Source: Octopus sinensis (lineage: Eukaryota). From it: a DNA stretch of 64,000 nucleotides. How positions within the stretch are numbered: the stretch's first letter is position 1; every line of letters begins with the position of its first letter. Shown piece by piece: positions 54,001-64,000 of the stretch. Made by a program: the position numbers and the translations under genes. The stretch is taken from assembly GCF_006345805.1 (NCBI RefSeq), contig NC_043002.1:2852001-2916000 (forward strand). The letters are read 5' to 3'. The notes beneath the pieces were generated by a model that was not told the DNA's origin, did no database searches, and saw nothing but the letters and a program-made list of their open reading frames with translations.

Positions 54001-54524
54001 GACAGTTGGAAACGTCTGAGTAGGTCTTTGAGGCATTTGCATCCCCTTCTATTGCTATCTCTGCCCACGTAGTCTAGATGCGTGTCCAGGGTGGCATTCC
54101 AATCCCCTACTAAAAGTAAAGGACGAGACGTTCCCATGAAAGACTCTAGACGTCGAAAGAAATCTGGTCGGCCTGTTAAGGACGGAGCATAAACTGCTAT
54201 CAGTCGAAAAGCACACTCATTGCTGCCATCGACATCCAAAACGACCAGCCTACCCTCCGGGTCTAAGAAAATTGCTCTTACTTTGAGATCCAGACTCTTC
54301 CGGAGAAGCACCGCGGTGCCACCTCCGCCCATTCTCGGTAGACACGGAGAAAAATAAATGTTGAAATGTGTACCGAAACTGTGCTGGAGTGCCCGCAAGC
54401 TGTGGAGTCTGGTCTCACTGATGGCTATGATATTCAGATTTAGGGACTTGATGTCATTTAACAGGTAGCCTAGTTTCCAAGGCGACCCCAAGCCACGTAC
54501 ATTTATACTGCCTATTCTGAGCAT
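51088..54524 (-). pseudogene. ORF2 of copy 4: APE endonuclease, reverse transcriptase, zf-RVT; two in-frame TGA and one -1 frameshift
   Basis: LRIGSINVRG..ETR..VYAP..GDWN..SYLDR..DHK; KSPGLDG..NFRSITLLNAD..DQSKAFDRVDH..VRQGCPLS..AYADD; CPRCGQSDETVLH. Stops at 53244 and 52647; frameshift near 52510. Confidence 0.95.
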
Positions 54525-54544
54525 GTTCCGATAAAAATTGTATT

Positions 54545-56812
54545 TTACACACGAAAGGAAAGTGCAAAAAAAGGAAAGAGAGAGAGAAAAGGTTCCTTGT
54601 TGTTCGAAAGTCCTTTGTTTTTCACCTCACAGTCTTCTTCCATGAGGTTTTTGTATAATTTCTTTGATGGATACTTTTGAAATCTCCCTACTGCATCAGG
54701 GTAAAGAGATTTCAGGGTGCTGTATGTGTTCTGTGTTACGTGTATTATTTTAATGTGTTGTGGTGGTGTTGTGCGTAGGTGGTTACTTGTTTTTATGTCG
54801 TTTTCAGTTATGTTGGTGTTTGACCTAATGTGTTCCATTAGGTCGTGGTTGTTTGTGTTTATGGCTGTCAACATTGTTGGGGGGTTTGATGATGGTGTGT
54901 TTGTGTTGAAGTGTTTGTTTTCTGTGGATGTTTTTGTTTCGGGAGTGGTGAATCTTCCTGCTTTGTTTGTTATCTTTTCTTTTCTTTTTTTCCCCTTTTT
55001 CTTCTCCCCCCTGTGGCTATTTGCCAATCTTCTGTGTCTTCTTCGTCTAATGACAAATCAGAAGAATCAGAGCTTGGAAGAGGGAAAATATTGGGGTCTA
55101 TTGTAGACTGTGTTGATTTTGTTGTTGGTGTTGGTTGGTGAGCGTTAGGTTGTGGTGTATGCGGATTTGGAGGTGGGGTGTGGGTATTTTGTGTTTGAGT
55201 GATTGTAGGTATTGTTGTGTTGTTTGGGGTGTCAATTTTGTGGGGATTTGGAGTAGTAATTGTTTCTTCATTTTCGATGAGTGTCTTTTTGGCATATGTC
55301 CTTGGTTTGGGAGTTGGTTTATTCTTGGTTGTTGTTGTTAGTGGTGTTGCTTTTGTTCTTGGTGCAGTTGGTGTGGTTGTTTGGTTGGTGAAGTTTGTTT
55401 TTTGTTGATTTTCTGTGATTAGTCCTGTTCGTGCAAAACGTGGTGTGGGTAGTAAAGCTGGTTTATTTGTTTTTTCCGGCTGCTGTTGTTGTTGCTGTTG
55501 TTTTCTTGCGGCAGATTTGCAATCTATTTTTAGGTGTTGCTCACTGCCGCATATGTAGCAACGTGGTCTTCTGCCATCGACGACCACATACAACTTGTGG
55601 TCTTCTGATACACATATCTGGGTGGGTATTTTCTTTATGTCCTCTTGGTTTATATGTAGTAGAAATTCTACTTTTTTCCCACCCAGTTTTTGTGCTCCGT
55701 GACCGTAGTTTGTAAAATTGTGAAATCTTCCATTTTCACACATAAGGCCTTTACTAGCCATAGATTGTTAGCTATTTTTGGGACATTGTTTAAAGTGATC
55801 TTAGTCACTTTCTGTCCACGATAGCTTGGTGTTAGTTGAAGTTCATCTGAATGAAGAGTTAGCGTTGAGAAACGTCTTGCTAACTCTTCAGTGTGGAAGA
55901 CCACTTGTATGTGTGCGAACTTGTTCCACCAGGTCACATACTCTTTGTAGTTCCAGATGGGTTTCAAGCATTTTTCTATTTTGCTTGTGTTAGCCTTCTC
56001 TGGACTTTTCGTTTTCTTATTAATTATTTTATATATAATTGTTATTTTTTTTCATTTTCTAATATTTCTTGTGGTATGTTTATTTTTACTATACCATCTA
56101 CTTCTGTTATTGAAATGTTCGTGTCTTTTATTTGTTGTGCAGTAAAATATACTGTTGTCTTTTTTTCTTTTATCGCCTCGGCGAAATTTGTTGTTGTTTT
56201 GTTATTGTTGTTGCTGGTGGTGATGTTGTTGTTGGCTGCAGTTGGTAAAATCGGTGTATTTGGTTTGATTGTGCAAGTAGGAAGGGGTGGAAAATTACTT
56301 GCATAGTTTATCCCTGTATTCAAGCAGCTTTTATCAATTTGTTTGGTGGTCACAGTCTTTTGTTTATTCCCTTCAGTTCTTGTTGTTGCAGGAGACAAGG
56401 TCTGAACGGGATTGTTGTTGTTGTTATTGTTGTTTTTGTTGTTGGCGGTGGTGTCAGTGGCAGAAGAGACAGCCGTGGCAGCAGATGTCGAAATGGTGGT
56501 GCAAATGTTATTATTCTTGTTGTCATTGTTATTGTTGTTGTTGGTGGTAGTTGAGGTAGTGGATGAGGTGGCGGTGGTGGTGATGGTGGTGGAGGTGGTG
56601 GTGGTAGCAGTAGTAGTCTTGTTGTTGTTGTTGTTAGTGGTGGTGGTGACAGTGCTGTTATCGCAAGTGGCTGCAGCGTTCACTGCCATGTCATTTAGGT
56701 TTGCACTTTGCGTGCATGGGTTCTTTTTTTCTTCTCCTAGCGTTTCCAGACTAGGAGAATGTTGGTCGATAAAGGAACGCGACCAGCGTTCTACAATACA
56801 ATTTCTCGACAT
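54545..56812 (-). pseudogene. ORF1 of copy 4 (~750 aa; Thr/Asn low-complexity N-terminus, CX2CX4HX4C knuckle), three frameshifts
   Basis: Pieces 56812-56042, ~56045-55668, 55761-54970 and 55027-54545 join at A/purine runs; RRPRCYICGSEQHLKIDC. It stops 20 nt before the ORF2 ATG. Confidence 0.85.
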
Positions 56813-57011
56813 TTTCGAAATGTCGAGAAAAAATTACACAAATTAAATAGGGTTGAAACTGCCCCTAGGGGCGAATTCCTCCCTTGGAAAAGCACTCAAA
56901 CGAAAGTTGGGTGCCTTACACACCTTATTTACAAAAATGTACACAAAAATTGGGCTATAAATAGTCAAAATAAACGATTACCTTCGGAGCCGAGGTGACA
57001 ACACGTCCGTC

Positions 57012-57109
<98 letters not shown>

Positions 57110-57484
57110 GAGGAAGAAATTGGCACAGTTCCTGACAACCAAAGTTCAAATCCCAGGTTATTAGTCACTCCGAAGCAGTAGTAAGTAGAACATACTCGCC
57201 AAAGGTGACATGCAATGATATCGAACCTATAATCACACGATTGTGAAATGAACTTCTTAACTGCACAGTTTAAACCTAAAGATGATTTTAAAAATGAATT
57301 TATGTCGGACAACAAATGTAGAAAACACTCAGCGTGCGTTGGAAGAAGATATTGGAATGGAAGGGGTTTGTTTTCGCGGCTATAAAACAGATTAATCCAA
57401 ACGATATTTTTATATTGTGTATGCGTGTTTCTAAGTGCATGTGTATGTGTGTGTTCGTGTGTGTGTGTGTGTGGTGTGTGTGTG

Positions 57485-57525
<41 letters not shown>

Positions 57526-58271
57526 GATGTGTACGTTTGTGAAGTCTATTAACAAATGACTGACAACGAAAGAGAAAAGGTTTTTTTTTAAAAAAAGCAG
57601 AACAGAAGAAACGTTTTTGTTGTTGTTTGTTGTAATTAATGGAATGGAAACCTCGACAATTCTTTATTTTGGTATTTTCAATTCTTTTCTATTGACACCG
57701 AAAAAATAAGGAAGTTGTTTTGACTTGGTGTCTTGTGCCGCTGCCAAAATACACCAAATCCTAAAGACGTACTGACGCACACACACACACACATACACGT
57801 ACACACGAATACACGCACACACACGAACACACACAAACACACACATGCATGCGACGACACACATACACACACGCGCGCGTACAGACACACACTCGTGCGC
57901 GCGCACAAACAGAGACGCACGCACACAGTCTTATACATGCATATACAGACTCATACAGACGCGTACATATTTGCATACACACACAGATGCATACACACAG
58001 ATGCACACATACATATGCGCATGTATGTACACACCCAGCCACACACTCACACACACACCGTGTTATTCCAGGTATTTCTTCCCCATCCCTCCCTTCTTCT
58101 TCTAATGCAGTCACTATTCTGCTTCCGACTATGGTTCCCTCGCTGTCATTCTCCATTCGACCAATTAAATACAACGGAACCGAATACGGGGTTTAAGGAT
58201 TCTTTCTGTGAAATATTTTATCCACTTTTGTTTCATTAAGAATACATTGAAATTGTTTCAACTTCTTTTCT

Positions 58272-58421
58272 CACCACTGCACCCCGAATAGACATCCGCC
58301 ACCACTGCACCCCGAATAGACATCCGCCACCACTGCACCCCGAATAGACATCCACCACCACTGCACCCCGAATAGACATCCACCACCACTGCACCCCGAA
58401 TAGACATCCACCACTGCACCC
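58272..58421. repeat. 28 bp minisatellite, about 5 copies
   Basis: Unit caccactgcaccccgaatagacatcc(g/a)c. Confidence 0.95.
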
Positions 58422-58870
58422 TCAATGCAAGAATATTTCCTGGGATTCTCAGTCTTTAAGGGAACCGAGTCAGTCGTTGAAAATAAGGAAACAAACGCGT
58501 TGCAAAACTCACAGAATTTACAGACAATTGCTGCTTCCATTTTACCGTTTTGCTCGACTGTGAAACTCTTTTCTTTCTTTCTTCTTTCTTGTTTCTTTCC
58601 TCGATTTTTTTTCTTCTTCTTCATATTCCACGTTGATATCTTTGAAACATAAAGATTGCTTTCAAACTTTGTTCTTTTCCCTAAACCCTAATTACTCTAA
58701 TTAGTTGAGATAATTCCAAACTCATCAGCTGCTCAAAGACTAAACTAACAGCTTCAAACTTTTCTTGCCTTTTTTTTCTCATTTATTTTCTTCTGCAGCA
58801 AATCCTTCTTCATCTCTCACAATCTCTGTTTGCGTTAATCCCCCACCCCGTGTACACCACACACACATGC

Positions 58871-58955
58871 ACATCCAATGATGATCCAACTGGCCGAAAC
58901 TTCGAAGTCACTGTCAACATTCGTGTTTAAGAATAATGTATTTGTACTTTACAAA
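58871..58955 (+). repeat. 85 bp repeat, inverted partner of 49016-49100; hammerhead-like motif
   Basis: aUGAUGA-uccaacuggcc-GAA-ACUUCGAAGU-C: a perfect 10 nt palindromic stem III, but A at the C3 position. Confidence 0.75.
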
Positions 58956-59404
58956 TATACACCACGCGCGCGCTCACACCTCACACCCAAACACATACAA
59001 AACACATTCTTTTAAAGTGCATTTATTACTGTAGAAATTGTTTATTTTTACAGTAACGTTCGTTTTGAAATTGATATGTGTTGACACTCGTTGTTTTGTT
59101 TTGGTTGGAAAGCTTCACGTTTCGAAACTGGGAAGGCACTTACGGAGTTACGACCGTGAACGCGATTTTAGACAAAGGCAGATTGTACCATATTAATTTT
59201 CACGTGACATTCATTAATTAACGATACTGGAGTAGGTTCTATGAACTGAATATTGGCGCTGAAGCCGCTTCTTTTTAATGCTTCCATTATTTCATGAGTA
59301 GATATATTGAATATATATTCGATTCATAATTGGTAAACATTGTGCCTTCTTATATTGGTGTTAATGTATTTAATAAATGTAAACAGTCCATTAGAGCACG
59401 TGCA

Positions 59405-59849
<445 letters not shown>

Positions 59850-59850
<1 letters not shown>

Positions 59851-59935
59851 TGTTTTTTTGTTAGCCACACAGGGCTGCACACAGACGGGACAAATTACAA
59901 GGCAGAGCTTTTCTTTTGGAGATAAAAAAGGGGGT
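59850..59935 (-). mobile_element. Tx1/L1-clade LINE, terminal 3' UTR fragment (copy 5)
   Basis: atgtttttttgttagccacacagggctgcacacagacgggacaaattacaaggcagagcttttc, directly after (GATA)n and matching the 3' ends of copies 1-3. Confidence 0.9.
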
Positions 59936-59939
59936 TTGG

Positions 59940-60520
59940 TTTGTTCAGTGTTTGATCTAAAGTCTGATGCAAAGCGTCTCTTTGTCTTGGCCGTCAGTTG
60001 GCAGAGTTGGTCCACGGATACTCAGTAATGTGACATACTGCCTCTCTGCAAGGAGGATAATAAATGGTGCCAATAGTCGCTTACTGGAGCCAAACGGTAT
60101 TGTAAGTCAGTTTAAATAGAAAACTACTCTTCACAGTAAAGCCGAGGTCACGGAAGTCTACCTTCCTTACATCTTCTCTGAAACAAAGCAAAGCCTTCAA
60201 CAACTTTGTTCAGAGAATTCTCTCTCCAAGCTGCTTTGCATCACAGCATACAGAAAAGTCTACACTGTGTCACTTCAGCTATGGAGGTTCCCCAACTCTG
60301 AGATTGGATTGTTATGTCACCAACATTACGCAGTGTCTATATGTTCCAAGAGATCAATCTAAGAGTGACGTCGTATGTTGTTTTTACCGCTGCAGCGCTG
60401 TTTCCTATCCTGGAAATTGAATGACTGGACGATTTTTAGGCCATTCCTTTCTCTAACCCTGTGGCTGGTGCAGCTGTCACTCGCTTTCAGTCGCCCATGA
60501 CAGTATGGATGAGGTGTAGT
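59940..60520 (-). mobile_element. Decayed RTE-clade LINE 5' region (5' UTR + APE N-terminus)
   Basis: Minus translation [38 protein letters not shown] resembles the RTE APE motifs (GTWNVRTL, GVGFAVK, ISAYAPT). Confidence 0.55.
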
Positions 60521-61059
60521 TTTGTCCAAAAACCTCCAATACTTTCAGAATTGTGCCAATTCTGAGGGAACCAAAACCCTCGCAAAAAGTTACTGGCTTT
60601 GTGCCAAAATTTGAAACTATTATTATTATCATCACTATAGATCCAATATTAACGGATACCTAAGATTATCGGGAATGCAATCTGTCGGAAACTCCCAATA
60701 AAAGTTGGCCATTGAAGCGTGTTCTTCTCTCAAGATGCGCATCCATAGCTTTTATCTTCTTGTACTCGACTGAGTACGACTGAGCAGGGATTTATAAGTA
60801 GCATAGAATATCGGCAGATCTGCACATTGTGTCTCTAGAGGCCACAGCTATTCTGAGATCCCCCGGAGGCACAAAGCACTCAGTTACGTTGTGTGATTGA
60901 GGATAGGGTGAGTCACCGTCTGAGGGAAGCTGAGGGACCGGGAAGCAACAGACTCGTCGGCTGCTCCCCACAGGAACGAGGAGCCAACAGCAGTGAGGGG
61001 TCAGGAGAAGGATTGGAGGTAGGCATACACCGGAAGCGATATATCGTTCGTGTACATAC

Positions 61060-61290
61060 ACTTGTATGCATACAAATACACACACACATATACACAGTCA
61101 CACATGCATACACACACATACACACAATCACACGCACATATACACAGTCACACATGCATACACACACATACACACATACACACAATCACACGCACATATA
61201 GACAGTCACACATGCATACACACACATACACACATACACACAATCACACACACATATACACAGTCGTACATACATGTACACGCGATCACG
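61060..61290. repeat. Higher-order CA-rich tandem repeat (~50-60 bp unit, about 4 copies)
   Basis: catatacacagtcacacatgcatacacacacatacacac(at)aatcacac repeated. Confidence 0.8.
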
Positions 61291-61744
61291 CACACATATA
61301 CATATTCATGCATTTACATACATGCGTGCGGCTTACATACACACACACACACACACAGCCGCACAGAAAAAAACACAACCCAACCTCGTACATACCGCGG
61401 GCGCACGCACACTCGTGCACCTCGGCGCACGCATTACTGAAGGCCCCACACATGTATATGAGAATGCTTTTATGCACCAGGGAATCACAAGGGACGCTGG
61501 GGGCGGATAAGGTAAAATAATCTTCAAGATGAAAACAGATAAGAAGAATAGAAGTAAAAAATATGGCGAACGACTGGAGGGGGAGGGGCGAAAGTAATGG
61601 AAGAAATATGTGAGGGGTTTGGGGGAGGGGGTTGGAGGAGGTGAGGGGGTAGATGGGAGCAGCAAATTAGTTAATATAATATTATGATGTAACATCATTA
61701 TGGAATCATATTATTTAATATAATAATTAGAATATCATTACGTC

Positions 61745-62480
61745 GGCGAGCTGGCAGAATCGTTAGCACGCCGGGCGAAATGCTTAGCGGTATTTCGTCT
61801 ATCTTTATGTTCTGAGTTCAAATTCCGCCGCGGTCGACTTTGCTTTCCATCCTTTCGGAGTCGATAAATTAAGTACCAGTTACGCACTGGGGTGAATATA
61901 ATCAACTTAATCCGTCTGTCTGTCCTTGTTTGTTGTGGGTAGTAAAGAAATAGGTATTTCGTCTGCCGCTACGTTCTGAGTTCAAATTCCGCCGCGGTCG
62001 ACTTTGCTTTTCATCCATTCGGAGTCGATAAATTAAGTACCAGTTACGCACTGGGGTGAATATAATCGACTTAATCCGTCTGTCTGTCCTTGTTTGTCCT
62101 CTCTATGTTTAGCCCCTTGTGGGTAGTAAAGAAATAGGTATTTCGTCTGCCGCTACGTTCTGAGTTCAAATTCCGCCGCGGTCGACTTTGCTTTTCATCC
62201 ATTCGGAGTCGATAAATTAAGTACCAGTTACGCACTGGGGTGAATATAATCGACTTAATCCGTCTGTCTGTCCTTGTTTGTCCTCTCTATGTTTAGCCCC
62301 TTGTGGGTAGTAAAGAAATAGGTATTTCGTCTGCCGCTACGTTTAGAGTTCAAATTCCGCCGCGGTCGACTTTGCCTTTCGGGGTCGATAAATTAAGTAC
62401 CAGTTGCATACTGGGGTCGATCTAATCGACTGCCCCCTTCCCCCAAAATTTCAAACCTTGTGCCTAAAGTAGAAAAGAAT
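61745..62480 (+). mobile_element. SINE family A, head + four tandem bodies
   Basis: Units start at 61791, 61955, 62139 and 62323. Units 2 and 3 are 184 bp and appear identical; the junction is aaagaaatagg|tatttcgtc. Confidence 0.95.
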
Positions 62481-62504
62481 ATCATTATGATCTTTTTATT
62501 ACTT

Positions 62505-62690
62505 ACTTGTTCCAGGCATTAGGCTGCGGCCATGCTGGAGCACCGCCTTCAATGACTCTTAGTCTAGTGAATCGATCCCAGAACTATTTTTTAAGCCCGG
62601 TACTTATTCTATCGGTCTATTTTGCCGAACCACTAAGTTACGGGTCGTTATCAAATAGTGGTGGGACACAAACATAGAGATACGGACACA
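62505..62690 (-). mobile_element. SINE family B, 3' half
   Basis: ctgcggccatgctggagcaccgcc..ggtacttattctatcggtc..gccgaaccactaagttacgg. Confidence 0.8.
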
Positions 62691-63369
62691 CATACACATA
62701 CATACACACATACATACATACATACATAAATACATACATACATACATACATACATACAAACATACATACATACATACATACATACATACATACATACACA
62801 CACACATACATACATACATACATACATACATACATGCATACATACATACATACATACATACAATACATACATACATACATACATACATACATACATACAT
62901 ACATACATACATGCATACATACATACATACATACATTCATACATACGCACATGCATACACACATACATACATGCATACATACATACATACATACATACAT
63001 ACATTCATACATACATACATACAAACATACATACATGCATACATACATACATTCATACATACATACAATACATACATACATACATACATGCATACATACA
63101 TACATACATACATTCATACATACATACATACATACATACATACATACATACATACATACATACATTCATACATACACGCATACATGCATACATACATACA
63201 TACATTCATACATACATACATACATACATACATACATACATGCATGCATACATACATACATACAATACATATATACATACATACATACATACATACATGC
63301 ATACATACATACATACATACATTCATACATACATTCATACATACATACATACATACATTCATACATACA

Positions 63370-63400
<31 letters not shown>

Positions 63401-64000
63401 CATACATACATGCATACATACATACATACATACATTCATACATACATACATACATACATGCATGCATACATACATACATACATACAATACATATATACAT
63501 ACATACATACATGCATACATACATACATACATACATTCATACATACATTCATACATACATACATACATACATTCATACATACTACATACATACATACATA
63601 CATACATACATACATACATACATACATACATGCATACATACATTCATACATACATACATACATACATTCATACATACATACATACATACATTCATACATA
63701 CATACATACATACATACATACATTCATACATACATACATACATACATTCATACATACATACATACATACATTCATACATACATACATTCATACATACATA
63801 CATACATACATTCATACATACATTCATACATACATACACACATACATACATACACACATACATACATTCATACATACATACATTCATACATACATACATA
63901 CATACATACATTCATACATACAACATTCATACATACATACATTCATACATACATACATACATACATTCATACATACATTCATACATACATACACACATAC
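62690..64000. repeat. (CATA)n array of at least 1.3 kb with TTCA/TGCA variants, running off the window
   Basis: Directly visible. Confidence 0.98.

Larger units (their letters stand above)
50787..57011 (-). mobile_element. Full-length Tx1/L1-clade LINE (copy 4), 6.2 kb, inserted in (TATC)n
   Basis: 5' UTR, ORF1 with CCHC knuckle, ORF2 (APE + RT + zf-RVT) and 3' UTR with AATAAA. (GATA)n arrays at 50728-50786 and 57012-57107. Confidence 0.97.

Noticed and set aside
54970-56846. Antisense hydrophobic ORFs over ORF1 (e.g. 56412-56846, 55893-56306)
   Set aside because: Shadow frames of the CAA/CAC-rich low-complexity ORF1.
58272-58421. CRISPR array
   Set aside because: Repeats are contiguous with no unique spacers, there are no cas genes, and the context is eukaryotic.
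60700-61040. Possible LTR or Gypsy remnant
   Set aside because: GC-richer, but no second LTR, TG..CA ends, primer-binding site or protein motif could be shown.

Overview
AT-rich, repeat-saturated eukaryotic DNA, most likely an octopus (coleoid cephalopod) intronic or intergenic region. This is inferred from the tRNA-derived SINE families and the extreme microsatellite load. I can support no complete host gene, rRNA, tRNA gene or CRISPR array, and almost all listed ORFs are microsatellite read-throughs. The main signal is a Tx1/L1-clade retrotransposon that appears to insert specifically into (TATC)n/(GATA)n arrays: one full-length 6.2 kb copy (50787-57011, minus) and four 5'-truncated copies, all joined to the repeat in the same register. 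Also present: R4/Dong-like restriction-like-endonuclease (RLE) LINE fragments in trinucleotide arrays, a second RLE lineage, CR1, RTE and a second Tx1-like relic. There are hammerhead-ribozyme-like motifs of the Penelope/retrozyme type, one inside a 470 bp foldback, and a decayed ~3 kb transposase-like ORF with a FEN1/XPG-like (PIN/H3TH) motif. A SINE occurs as head + n x 184 bp multimers, alongside piggyBac- and hAT-type MITEs, a CCAAT-box cluster and a few weak exon candidates. All protein assignments come from manual translation and recalled motifs; no database search was run.
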